NCBI GenBank assembly: GCA_965153355.1
Contig: OZ231126.1
Span: 18,910,001-18,974,000, forward strand
Direction of reading: 5' to 3'
DNA length: 64,000 bases
Origin: Flaccisagitta enflata
Lineage: Eukaryota
Shown: one piece after another, positions 14,107 to 27,012 of the stretch
Layout of the letters: every line of letters starts with the position of its first letter
Numbering within the stretch: the first letter of the stretch is position 1
Made by a program: the position numbers and the translations under genes
Notes under the pieces: model-generated
The model's database searches: none
What the model was told of the DNA's origin: nothing
What the model saw: the letters and a program-made list of their open reading frames with translations, nothing else

Positions 14107-14592
14107 TTTTTGGTCGCGTGCACGCGACTCTACAACCCGCTTTGTCCGTCGGTTGGTCGGTTGGTCGTTCGGTCGGTTGGTCACGTTTTTCTTTTTTTTT
14201 TATGATTTTTTTCTTTTTGACCCCACAGCTTCTGCCCAAATGGTCTAGTGACTACAAATATTGGGTCATTTTGTAAATGACTTAGCGCACTTGAGTTTCC
14301 CGAAAATTCCGCCAGAGCAAACTTTCAATCGGCGAGTAGATATTAAGCTCTAAAACACCCCTAACCCTAACACTAGCCCTAACCTTAACCCTAACCTGAT
14401 CCCCAAGACTATCCCTGACCTTATCCCTAACCCTAACACTAACCCTACCCCTAACCCTAACTCGTTACCCGCATTCGAGTGATTTACCGCTAAAGACAAA
14501 AGACAAAAGGACGCTAACCCTCCTACTACGTAACCAAATATGGCCCCTGCCCACCCGCATGCGACTTCGGTAGCCGCGTATCCGGCCTTGTT
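14107..14592 (+). mobile_element. HINE family A copy interrupted by a 273-bp insertion (14262-14534) carrying telomere-like repeats
   Basis: Collinear with the intact copy at 48951-49153. The extra segment is flanked by the direct repeat CAAATAT and contains (CCCTAA)-like units. Confidence 0.75.
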
Positions 14593-14630
14593 AATGATGA
14601 CCCGTTATCTAATGATAATGCACTCAGTTA

Positions 14631-14861
14631 CTATCTTCGCCGAAAGAAACGCAGCAGTTTTAAAAATAGCATCATTTTTGGAAGAGTATCGCTCCTAAAC
14701 GAGTAAAGCTACAGACCCCAGATTGGTCCCATTTTAAAGCCCTCCTTTAAATCTTTGAAATGGGACCAATCTGGGAAGTGTACCTTCATTCGTTAAAGAG
14801 CAGCATTCTTCCAAAGTTGATGCTATTTCTATGACTGCTGCGTTTCTTTTGGCGAAGATAG
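14631..14861. mobile_element. Palindromic MITE with TA TSD
   Basis: TA-CTATCTTCGCC...GGCGAAGATAG-TA; the arms pair imperfectly almost to the centre (CAGATTGGTCCCATTT / AAATGGGACCAATCTG). Confidence 0.8.
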
Positions 14862-16115
14862 TAGTTGGGCAGCAAGGCTTTATATTGGTGCGATGATACA
14901 AAGATACTTCGTCACAGCCGTCATAATATGATGGAGTTTTCCTGAGCTCGATGGGTCTCATTTCATTGGTCATATTTGCCTTTCTAAAAACTCCAGACGG
15001 CTAAACAAAGACAGGAATCTTTTTTTGCTTCCTTCATGCAGCCATCATTTTTGTTTTTTTCTCTCTCTCTCGTTTTTTTCGGTTCCTCCTTAAAAAAAAA
15101 AAAAAAACTTTCTCTTTGAAGAAAAAACAGTCAAGGCAGGTGGATGAACTTCCTTAATGAGGTTCTTTCGTGCCGTGGGCTTCGCCCGCAGCACTTCTAT
15201 TCCATTGCTCCATGGAGCCTACATTGACTTATTGCGCAATAGAAAAAAATGATGGAGAGGAATCGATTTCATAATCTCGGGAAAAAAAACAAAATGAAAA
15301 AAAAGTGTTTGACTAGAGGCAGAGTTGAGGCGGAAACTCTGTAATCTCAGTCGCGTGATGGCGGGATTGGGCCATGGTAGCCAAGTAGAAACCATTTCCT
15401 AAAAATGGGTTGGGAAAATCAGAAATGTGTAGACTGACGAGCAGGCCATCTGACCAGTCATCCGATCCGTCGATCGAATTGTTTTGCGTGACTAATGGTT
15501 ATATGTTGTTTTTTTTTTTTCAATCTCTTATTTACACTCGAGTCTTAATAACGAACGCAGAATAATGATCTGATTTTTTTTTTCGGGATAGGTCGTTAAA
15601 TATAATCAAGAGCTGTGACAGATGAATGTGTTTTTTTAGTGCTGAATTTACAATGTACGATAGGAGCTTATTAAAAAACAACGATAGGAGCTTATTAAAA
15701 AACAATCCCGGCCTGATATTGATTTGCCCGCAAAAAATGTAAAAGCCTGTAAGGTTATAGAAGTCGTTATTTAAGTTTATCAAATTATGAAATGTGCAAC
15801 GAAAAGATTTGAAACAAAAAGATGTGCTACACAAAGATTATTTTCGAGAGAGTTTGCGAGATAAGCGACGATAATGCAGTTTTAAAAAAATTGCCTTTGT
15901 TCACGGAAACACTCAGATCTTTAGATTCTTACTCTTTCCCTGTGCATTGTATAAAAAAAGATAAATCTTGTATCGTCACTTTTGTAGTTGTGACATGGGA
16001 CATTGGACAATCGGTTGTATCTTTGCGAAACAATGCCAGCTACATGGCATTTCAAAAATCCGCCTCTGGCTCTCATTCTCTTTTTCCGCATGTTTCCAAT
16101 TTTCTGTCTGTTTCC

Positions 16116-16148
<33 letters not shown>

Positions 16149-16149
<1 letters not shown>

Positions 16150-18401
16150 CAAAGAAGCAGACACTTTCTCAAAACATCGGAAAAGTAACACAACGCCATC
16201 AACAGGCCATCGAACGCAACCAACAACTCGAATATGAATTTGGCCGTCAGATTTCGCGTGAAATAAAAGATGACGCCGAAAATCCACTGCAGACTCTGAA
16301 ACACGATCAACTTCATCAAGAATTTGATGAGATAGAAAAACGCGTCTTTGTCCATGGGCTTGTCCCATAATTTGACAAAGTGGAACAGACTGAAACCCAG
16401 ACTGCCGAGGCAGAGAGTGACCGAGATCGTCGCCGGCAGTGCGATGAAATACAACGTCCCTATTTTCGTAGAGAGCATGCAAAATTCGTCGTCTCCGTAT
16501 TGGATCAGGGAATTGTCGTGAAACTTTCCAACGCACCACAAAGTGAAAACCAAAACGGCGGAACCGATCCAAATGACCAAAGACAGAGCCCTTTCCCATC
16601 GACTGGCGCCATTTTGTCGATTCTCCACCGTCAACGCGGCCATGTTGTGATTCAACTGCCTCATAAGACGCGCCACTTGGATCCCGAACCAAGCCATGTG
16701 ACCAAAAGTCGTCAACATGGAGTAATGAATGGCGATGGCGAAAACTTCGCACGCGATCGAGAAGCGTCTGAACGCGGTGGCGCCGCAAAGAGACGCGAAA
16801 AACAGCGACTTGCCGACGGCGATTCCCAACTGACGGCGTTTGGCCTTGGAAGCGGTTCCCTCGACGCAAATAATATGACATATAATCAAGATGAGAAAGC
16901 CGATCGAAGTGACGCTGCCGGTCAAGGAAACCACCAATAAACCAAAAAGTCGTTTTTCTTCCGACTCTTCTTCTTTTTCTTCTTCTTCTTCTTTTTCTTC
17001 TTCAATTGTCGTTGCTGTTGGTCTTTCAGCATCTTCATCCTTTGATGGACCCCATATTTCATTGATAAAACCCGAAATCTCGATAAAGTTACGATCGGCT
17101 AAAAACCTAAAGTCTGACATGATTAGACGCAAAACCGCGTTCATGTCGTGAGTGACGAAAGGCGATAGAATCTGGCTGCAATAACGGCAGAAACAATTTG
17201 ATCGGATCGTTTCTAAACGGTTATCGTGCATTATCACGTAATTTATAGCCGGTCGGTCTTTGATTTCATCATCGTCATCGTCGTAAGTAACATTATCGTC
17301 GTCATCATTGTCATTGTCATTTTCCGATTCGAACAAACATAGTTTCCCAAGTCTAGTGCGTCCTTGTAGTCCGTCGGAAATTGGGTAAAAAATGGAATTT
17401 TTGTCGCAAAAAAAGTTTTCCAACATATTCACGTCGTAAATGGGACCATTTTTGAATTTTTCCATATCGTGCCCACAGTTGTAAGTTCCCCTCTGCTGAA
17501 GAGGCCAAAAATGCTCTTTCGCGGCCTGTTCAAAGTTGCAGAGCGCGCAGTAGACATTTCGATAAGCGCGACCGTGGATTTCAACGGGCATAAGCAGCGC
17601 CAATTTACCGCTTTTTCCCGTCTTTGCCGAAAGACAGTTACGTCTAATCTCATCATCCCCGTCAAATTCATTCCGGCAGGACGTTATCAGATAAAAACCA
17701 ATCCCTTTAAACTGCGATGTGTTACGATATCTGTGAGTAGAGACGCATTCGATAACTGCACCATGTAAGACATTATCAATTCGATCATCAACAACATGTG
17801 TGAGGGGATTTTCTACTTGATCACCATTTCTATCACTGTTCCCGCTATCATTCCGATTTCCATCACTGTTCCCACTATCATTTCGATGTCCACGCCCAAT
17901 TTCAAGACCATGTCCATACCCATTTCCAAGTCCATGTCCAAGCCCATTATCAAGTCCATGTCCAGAACCATTTCCAAGTCCGTGTCCAAAACCATTTCCA
18001 CGTTCATTTAAATCAAAATCATTCTCCTGTCTCAGCTCTTCAAAATCATCGCAGCAGTCGTCAAAACGCACACACAGATCATCACATTGGCAGGTGACGT
18101 CACTTCGACGAAAGTCATAGAGACGCTGTTGTGGTTCCTCTTCACCCCCTCGTCTCTCGGCGCATGAAAAGCTAGTCCTCTGAAACGGGCACAGAGAAGC
18201 GGCTTGCCATTTCTTCTGACCTCCTTTCCAATCTTTCGTGATATCTTTGACTTGCTCCAACATGGCCAAATGCTTGCCTTTCAATCCGCCTACAGCAATG
18301 ACGTCCCCGATGTTCATTTCAGATATGGCCAATTTCATTCGTTTTATGCCCATTTTCTCGCTTATTTTCATCCGAAGCGACCTCGGCGTTGAAATCGTCA
18401 T
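16149..18401 (-). CDS. Somatomedin-B-domain 7TM receptor (family B/adhesion/Methuselah-like GPCR), 750-aa intronless ORF; true N-terminus uncertain
   Basis: SMB motif CQCDDLCVRFDDCCDDF, a Cys-rich ectodomain (YRNVYCALCN) and seven hydrophobic helices. The conserved TM3 Cys (CEVFAIAIHY) and ECL2 Cys (YGDDEFCML) are present. No signal peptide at the ORF start. Confidence 0.85.
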
Positions 18402-18509
18402 TATCGGGGTGAGGGGCCTCCATTTTGATTTGTTGAAGCTCGACTGAACTTGTCCAAAAAATTGAAACTTTGTCGGAAAATACTTGTCCCGGACAGGTAA
18501 GCCTTAAGT

Positions 18510-19103
18510 AATATGGAGGAGCAAAAATCATGAAGATGACCATTTTCTTTCTTAAAAAATTCCTTCATCTTCCGTTTGTTGTCTTCCGTCCCCGGTCGGT
18601 GAGCACGAGTCGAAAAGTGTGGAAACGTGCATTTCCGCTCCTGCCCACCCGTCCGCAACTGGTGGCCGTGTATCCGGCCTTGTTTCAAAATTCATCTTCC
18701 GTTTTTGTTTTGACCTTGAAGTTACCACAGAAATGCCAGAAATCAGCAAAATCCTGGTAGGTTTTGTTACTAATAGGACAATTATTTGTTTTATAAAATC
18801 ATAGTATTTGTGAGAATTGACTAAAATATCAGAACATAAACTGTAAAAGAGCTTACTAAAATAGCAGATTAACAATCATATAAACAGAAGAAATCAGTAA
18901 TAGCTAATAAAAAGACTGTCAGCCTATTCATTTATCCCACTGCATTATGCAAATCAGGTCCTCAATTGAATGAAATCGACAAAAGATGGAAGATGAATGA
19001 TTTTTGATAAACGAAAAATGGTAGGAGTCCTAAAATTGGCCACTCCATATTGGGTAAAGAGGGTGAAAAGAAATAACCAGCTTTTGCCACGTGAAGCACT
19101 CAA
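18510..19103 (+). mobile_element. 5'-truncated MULE-type MITE with a nested HINE (~18577-18684)
   Basis: Collinear with the intact copies at 42682 and 54165 (AAAAATCATGAAGATGACC...GTGAAGCACTCAA). Confidence 0.7.
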
Positions 19104-19185
19104 TTGAGACATTCAAGAAAGAGTTCAAAATGGGGTTTGGCGCATATATGCAATATCTACTGATGTAATGAAATCTTTGTAATGT

Positions 19186-22108
19186 TCATTCACATCTCCA
19201 ACCCCAAAGAAGAGGGGTATACGAAATATAGGGGTAAAATTCTATTGCAAAAGATTATTTTGTCATGCTCAGTTATGCAACATAGTTCAGTTGAGAAGAC
19301 TTTGAGAACATACCGATTTCGTCGTCATACGAAAATGTGGAAAGAGGTTTCATTTCCAGTTCCGTGAATAAGGTTGGAATACTTTCCAGATCCCAAATAA
19401 CCGATTGAGGCACTTTGTGTTTGAAAAACCATGGAAATTTTACCCTGAAGCATTCGTAAGAGAGATCAAGTGGTTTTTGGGCAGCGGCCCTGAAGGAGCC
19501 GATGACTTATTCTTTCACACAAAAGGGAAATTTCTCCTCCACCTCCGTCCGTCCACCCCCTTCGAGACTCACATTCCAGCCTCCAGGCTTTGATCCTAAC
19601 CTAAATGCCGCAAGGCTTAAATCCCTGCCTTGAGGCCTAAATCCCAGCCTTGAGGCTCTAACTAATCCCAACCTTGAAGCTCCTATCGCAGCACTGAGGC
19701 CTAGATAATAGTCTGGAGTCCTAAATCCCAGTCTTTGGGCACAAATCCCAACTATGGGGCTCCAACCCTGACCATGTGGGCAAGATAGTCCTTCAGCGAA
19801 GTATGGGATGTTCATGAACGAGAAATGAACGCATGTTTATAAACAGTGTAATGAGAATGTTCATGAATTTTATAGAATAGAATATATAGAATACATAGAA
19901 TGGGTATTTGTTGAACAATTTTGTTTATCAAGGGTCAAAAAGATTTTCCCATGAACAAGCAACAAAACTCTTGCATGAACAGCTAAAGATTTATCAGATT
20001 ATGCCATTTTTTGCCCAAAAACCATACATCAAGTAGGTTTTTTTTATTTGTTCATGAAGAGCTTGTTGAAAATTGTTGAACATATGAAAATGGTGTGTGG
20101 GCAACACTTTTCTTTAAACAATGTGCATGGAAGGGGCTCAAAATCTAATTTTTTTCTTAGTTTATTTTTGACAAGATTTTTTTAAAGATTTTTTGTTGAA
20201 CCCTGACAGACTGGAAGCCCGTATCCGCCATCTTGTTTTTTTGCTGTTTTACCCGACCTATGTTATCGCCCTCTATCTGATTCCCTTTTATTTCCACAGG
20301 TGGCGCTACTAGTCCTCTTCCTCTTCCCCAACATTTGCCCCCTACAATCCCTTACCTTTTGACCATGTCAATTCTCATTCAGTCTTGTTGCTGCCCTGCT
20401 ACAAATAACATCTCAAGTCTTCATCCTGATTTTTATGCCATTTTTCCTGCCCAGATCAGTGGAGATATTTTGCCTAAAAGAGGCCCAAAGAGAAAGTTAC
20501 AAAACTGCCTCAAGAGTTTCAAACTACAAACATTACACAGCTTTTGCTTGGGAGGTTGATGTTTGTGGGTGACCTTCCCGCATTTTCGTCATTTGGGTTG
20601 CAGTGGACGTCCCTGCCCATTGGCAGACCTTGGAGAGAGCCGTATCCTCAGAGACGGAGACAGCATTACTGCCCTGGACATTTTCACCGTTGCCTTGCCC
20701 TGTTTTGGGTTTGTTCGTCTGTTTGTCAGGTTTCTATATTTTTTATTAATATTTTGATATTTTCAAATATGATAATATTATCTTTATGTTTTTCTAAATA
20801 GTTTTTTTTTTCGACGTGTTGATTTTTTATCATAAAAATTTTCCAAGGATGAATTTTAGTATCTCATAAGTTGTCTTTTTTTTGATAGATTTTTTTTCTT
20901 ATGAAAAATTGTTATCATAAAATTCTTAACTTGAAAATGATTTTTTTTTCCCGACAAATTCTTTATGATTAAATTGGCCTGTATATTGTTACATATTCAT
21001 AAAATCAAAGGAAATGGGGAAGGAAATAAATGGGTAGAGAAACCAAAAGGGGGTAAAGGAATTAAAGGTCATGCAACTATATACACTCTTGTAATTAAAC
21101 TTTTCTCCATACCATAGTGAAATTCTGTTTGATCAATTTGTATATTGTCTCGCAAACAGGCTTATGAAGCATTAAACACAGGAAGAATCATCGTTCACAA
21201 ACATATGAAAAAAAAAAACAAAAAAATTATTGTTGATGGACAGCAAAATAAAGCCATTTCATGAATTGTTTCTCGTGAAAAACGTTTTATGTGTTCACGA
21301 ATAGTCAAAAAGACATTGCTCATGAATAGGAATTCATTCCCCGTTCATAAACGCCCCTAATTGTAAATTTGCTGACGGACTACCTGGCGAAAGCCTCTTT
21401 TGGGCCGCTGCCCCTCTCGCTATCTCATCCCTAACAACATCATTTGTGATTAAATATATCTTGCATAAAAGGTAAGCTGGTAAATGATTTTCAGAAAGAA
21501 TTCAATTCTTCTCCATGCGTAATTCGAAAAAATTGTGTAAAATAAATATGTAAGGTCTATGTTGCCAGACGATTTGTATTGAAAAAAATTGATTTTCGAA
21601 TTCTTTTGATGTTTAAAGTCTCATCTTTCATTACATCTTATGAAAAGTTATATCTTTTACCTTGAAGAGGTTAAACTGCCGTTATCATCCCCTTCCAGCA
21701 CACCACCTATTCGAAACAGAAATGAAAGAAATGACTATAAAACAAGCTTAGTCGACAAACGCACATCATTAGAAGTGGCAAACATGATTCCAACGGTTGT
21801 AAAACATGAACAAGTGCAATGGACCAAACAAGAAAAAAAAAGCTATACATCAACTTGTAAACAAGTGATTTTTACTGCTGATATTGTCAATATTGATAAT
21901 GTCAATTGGCTTAGAAGCAATGGACCATTGCCCAATGTGTATTGTGCAATATACTCGTTTACGTACCAACAAATTCATAATCGAAGCTTTTTCCCACGTC
22001 TATTTTATTGATGAAATGTTCTTTGCATCTTGTCCGGCATTTGGCCTCCGAAACAGAAGAGATGAAGAAAATAAACGCCAAACATAACAATGGCAACATG
22101 GTTGCCAT
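19186..22108 (-). CDS. Small secreted protein of unknown family, 124 aa (exons 22108-21967, 21706-21661, 19444-19314, 19241-19186)
   Basis: Signal-peptide-like start MATMLPLLCLAFIFFISSVSEA. Three GT-AG introns with matching phases (1, 2, 1) give 375 nt of open frame ending LLWGWRCE*. A TATA box and Inr lie upstream. Confidence 0.7.
19475..21411 (+). mobile_element. HINE-like family B copy split by a ~1.6-kb TIR element (19784-21384), inside intron 2 of the secreted-protein gene
   Basis: Outer ends TTTTTGGGCAGCGGCCC...TTTTGGGCCGCTGCCC. Inner imperfect TIRs GATAGTCCTTCAGC / GCTGACGGACTACC. No clean TSD seen for the inner element. Confidence 0.6.
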
Positions 22109-22162
22109 GGATAAGTGAAGGCTGTGCAGAGCGTGTACAACTTTTTGGCGCTGTTTCAGCCA

Positions 22163-22198
22163 AAATGAACGACTTATTGGACGCAACTCTCTTTTATA
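22163..22198 (-). promoter_or_regulatory. TATA box plus initiator of the secreted-protein gene
   Basis: Minus-strand TATAAAAG at 22198-22191 and a TCATTT Inr whose A (22166) is 32 nt downstream of the first T and 58 nt upstream of the ATG. Confidence 0.6.
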
Positions 22199-22834
22199 CA
22201 TCACAAAACCATCAAATCGAATGAAATTGGATGGCGTACATCGTAATTGGATCTATTCTCTCGGGAGATTAGGTGAAAGAAAATTATTAGCCTGGATGTA
22301 CATATACTCTTGGCACCTTTTCTAGAATTTACTTTCGATGGAATGAAGGACTTTTTAAAGTCTATATCGATTATACCTGCATTACAAGTCGTTCTACATC
22401 AATCTTTCATGACAGGGTGTGCAAAATCATCCGGACTTGCTCCTAAGAAAGAAATCCATATTTAAAAGTGACCCAGCACTATGAAATTTGAGCCAGAGTA
22501 TCCCAGCTAGTTATACTAGAAGCTAGAATTGATTGCAGGTCTTTTCTAAATCCATTGTCACTGTGGGAGTTAAATAATTTGAAGCAAAGAATTGATTTTG
22601 AGGGTTACAAAATCATAGATTCTTGTATTTGTACCTACTCCATAGTGTCTTTTTTGGCTAGACACACACTTTGCTGAGGGAGGTAAGTTAAATCAACATC
22701 AATGGAGCTAACATAAGCAAATAAACTAAGCCTAAAGGAAAAAAAAACTAACAACCAAATTTCATCTTTTTTAATGAAACTTTTTAAGGAGTGTTTTATC
22801 TGAGTCAAATTTACCTGAAAAGGTTTATTTCTGA

Positions 22835-23053
22835 TTTTTAGTCGCGTGCTACGCGACTCTACAACCCGCTTTGTCGGTCCATCGGTCCGTCCGTCGGTCC
22901 GTCCGTCGGTCCGTCCGTCCGTCCGTCACACTTTACTTTTTTTGGGTTTTTGCGGTCTTTGGCCTTACTGCTCCTGCCCAAATGATGGAGTGGCCTTAAA
23001 TATGGCTCCTGCCCACCCGCACGCGACTTCGGTAGCTGTGTATCCGGCCTTGT
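22835..23053 (+). mobile_element. HINE family A, complete copy
   Basis: TTTTTAGTCGCGTGCTACGCGACT...(GTCC)n...GCACGCGACT...GTGTATCCGGCCTTGTT. Confidence 0.8.
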
Positions 23054-23153
23054 TTTATTCTTTGTGAATGTTGGTTTTGAATGCTAAGAATGATATTTTC
23101 TTCATATCTACCCCTCATACTTTCAAAAATTATTTTTTTGTTTTATTTTTAAG

Positions 23154-23476
23154 AACAAGGCCAAGTGAAGGCCAATAAGTGCGCCTCGCTTGATTAAGAT
23201 TTTGTGAATGACCGTTTTTGATGAATGAATGAATGAATGAATGAATGTATGAATGAATGAATGAATGATTGAATGAATGAATGAATGAATGAATGAATGT
23301 GAATGCGGTGAGGCATGAAAGGTGATAGGAATGAAGAAATACGTCAGAATCAGCCGTTTTGAGCATTTCAAACGTTTGCGTGACCGACCAACCGACCAAC
23401 CAACCGACCGACCGACCGACCAACCGACCGACCGACGGACATGACCTCTTATAGAAGTGCGAGGACGCACTTAAAA
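23154..23476 (-). mobile_element. HINE-like element, variant subfamily with (TTCA)n cargo
   Basis: Same architecture on the minus strand: terminal hairpin, (GGTC)n tract and GGCC...GGCCTTGTT end. Confidence 0.65.
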
Positions 23477-24322
23477 ATAATTGCCAAGTCCGGATAATTT
23501 TGCACACCCGGCTACGTCGCAGGTTCGCGACAATTGGAAATTCTCAGACTTTTTTTACGACTTCCTATGCTCCTCTCAGTGCCATTTGCTTTTGTTTTCC
23601 CAGCATACATACAGATATGATACGATTTGATATGTAGATATGAATAATTAAGTCGTCCAATTTTAGAGTATCTTCTTAGTCCCTGCTTAAACTGATTATG
23701 TATAGATAGATAATTATTCTGAGATGATATGTTATGAAATGATACGTAGATATGAATCATTCTGTTTTTTTAATTCCAATTTTAGAACGTCATCGTCCCT
23801 GCCTAAACGCATGTCGAACAATAAGGCGAAGAAATGACAAAACCATGAACAGAACATGCTTTTTATGCTTAATTGATTTTTCCGCCTAAATGTTCTACTT
23901 AAATTTAAAGGCCACGCGACGGGTGCGTCATACCCTGCCAACTGATGTTCCATTAAACCAACTGTTGTTCCATTAAACCAACTGTTGTTCCATTCAACCA
24001 ACTGTTGTTCCATTCAACGAGTTTCTTTCACTCACACGAAAATCATGGATCCATCTTGTTTGGAGCTGTCTTTTGAACTACCAGAGAAATTGTGGAGGAG
24101 ATTCTTGAGAAACTCGAGAAAGATGAAGAGAAAAAGAAATAATAAATGGAAACAAAAAAATGGGGAGAAATGGAAAATGTCACGTGAAAGAAATCCAGCC
24201 ATCTATCATGACAACCCAGACAAGCCTAAGCAAGAAGATTCCAGAAAGAGAATTTCCAGCAAACGCTTTGTGTGTTCGTGTATCAAATGTGCGATGGGGA
24301 ATATGAAAGAGAATGAGGGGAG

Positions 24323-24414
<92 letters not shown>

Positions 24415-25150
24415 AAAAAAACTCGTAAAGAGACAGTGCCACTGAGCGAAAGGGAGACAGAGAGGTAGAGCAAACAAATTGATAGACCCTAGATAGCCAG
24501 AGATTAAAAGCGGTGTACAAACACATACGGTAGAAGAAGAAGAAGAAGAAGAAGAAGAAGAAGAAGAAGAAGAAGAAGAAGAAGAAGAAGAAGAAGAAGA
24601 AGAAGAAGCAAATATCTGCATTTCGCTCATTAAGAATGTAGAGTAAACACATACATGAATGAATGTATCCACGACTGAATGAATGAATGAAAAAATGACT
24701 GAATGAATAAATGATGTGTGGTGGCGCATGAGAGATGAAAGAAAAGAGAAGCATTTGGCAATAAGCTGTATTGAGTGGTTATAAAGTTTGCGTAAGGGAC
24801 CATCCGACCAACCAACCAACGGACAGACGGACAGACATCACCTCTAGCCTCTTTTAAGGGACAGAATATTCAGTGGCTGGTACTGCGCTGTATTGATCAA
24901 TCATTTTGCTATTAATTCCAACGGAATGTCCTACTGCCTTAATTCGTCGCATCTTTTGATGACAGACAAGCGGATTACCACGCTCCTCTTTCTTTTCCTC
25001 CAACACCTTTATCATTTGTCAAATTCAAATGTTCGTTATTTCCTCTTTAATCCACGATGATTCCAGGATAAAGGAACAAAAATATGAGATCAGGAGACTG
25101 GCAAATATTCTGGGTCATCCTAGGATGAAAGGAGAGAAGTACGTAGTTAT

Positions 25151-25188
<38 letters not shown>

Positions 25189-25815
25189 CCTAAGACAGAT
25201 AGCTGAATGGATTATTTACAAGGTGAAGATGAAATAGGCAGAGATTGATCTCAACTTTAGGCTAAATCGATTCAGTGATTGAAGTCAAGATTTTCACAGT
25301 CATCATTGAGTTGTAAGAGATCATTCTCTAGACCGTTATTGTACCAATTTACATACAAACGAGTTCTTGATCAAGACAGTTTCAGGATTGGATTTGACGT
25401 GTTATATAGACAGAAATAGCGTGCGCTTGAATTGAGTCATTGGAAACGCACGCAAATGCGAAACGGAGTAAAAGATAGTGCTTCTTTCATATGCGGTATC
25501 AAATCAGGAATAGGTATCACCGGGATTATACAGTTGTTGGGAGGGACAAATGAAGTAACCTACGACTGTGCTGAAGTCGCGGACGGTTGAGCAGGGGCAG
25601 CCTTACAGTACTACAAAAATATAGAACAACCATTTCATACTTACAAAGTATTCAAAAATCCATTACACCAAAGAAAAGAGCAAAAAAGATTATAATTCAA
25701 CATTATTTTGGACGGGCCGACAGACGGGCCGACCAATCAACCGATCGACGGACCGACACAGCAACGTGTAGACTGTAGAGTCGCGCAAAGCATTGTTCCA
25801 CACATCAGACTATCA

Positions 25816-25912
<97 letters not shown>

Positions 25913-26554
25913 CAAAGAAAGTGGAAAAGCTGACATGCCAATTTTAAGAATTATTTTCAAAGGTCGAAAAAGAGGATTAACCCTTGATAGTCATAGCGTT
26001 TTGTAATTTATGTTCAGTTTTTATTTGAATCATCCTCTAACCCTGTTTTGAATACTAATTTTGCTCTTCTTCTGAAGTAAAAACATTGTTATCTAATTAC
26101 GCAAGACACTCTTGCGAAGCTGCGCCCCGAAAATGTCATGAATTAGTTGTATACTCTATAAATCTACCATCTATTCTTTAAAAAAAACCAACGCTTATTT
26201 TCTCTGTGTTTCTCTGATTCTTTGATTCTTTGATCACTTTCTTGTTTCATAGTTGTAAGTTTTTTTTGTTTCTGCCTTACCTTTTTTCTTGTTTTTACTT
26301 TTTGTTTTCTTTTTGGTTTCTGAGTTACTCCCAATTTGTTTTGTCTGTTTATGAGGCTGCTTTTGTATCTGTTCCTTTAAATTTATCCCATCTTCTATCT
26401 GCCTTTCTGTGTTCCTCTTTATCTATCCATTCGACGAGAGACATTCAACCTTTGGCAATCTGTCTGTCTGTCACTATCTGCCTCTGTCTATTTCTCTGTC
26501 TCTTTCTATCTGTCTGTCTGTCTGTCTGACTCTGTCTCTGTCTGTCTGTCTCTC

Positions 26555-26636
<82 letters not shown>

Positions 26637-27012
26637 AATTTCTTTGTTTTCATACTGAGGATGTCGTGTTATTTTTTCAGATGAGGGAAATGTCCAACGG
26701 CTTTAAAGAGGAGAAAGAATGAAACCTAAATTTTCCCCGTAAGAATTAAACAAGGCCCATCGAGAAAAAGGTCATTGCAATGGTAACAAAAACTATCGCG
26801 TGCGCGTGCACGTGTACGTGCTTACGACATGGTAGTGAACTAATGATACGAGTGTAGACTGGCGTGATGATCGGACAGATCGACCAACAGACGGACTGGG
26901 CATTTGATAGACGGATGACCAATTGACCATACGTCGATTCTCAAAAGGGATGTTATCACGTAGAGTAGACTGACATAGAAGGGTAAACAGGCATGCGCTT
27001 CTATTGAATAGT

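Noticed and set aside
15976-16940. 301-aa minus and 186-aa plus ORFs overlapping the receptor
   Set aside because: Alternative-frame or antisense shadows of the 7TM coding region, with no independent features.
25067-25138. Possible plus-strand exon ending at a GTACGT donor
   Set aside because: Downstream acceptors lead to stops almost immediately and no upstream exon was found.
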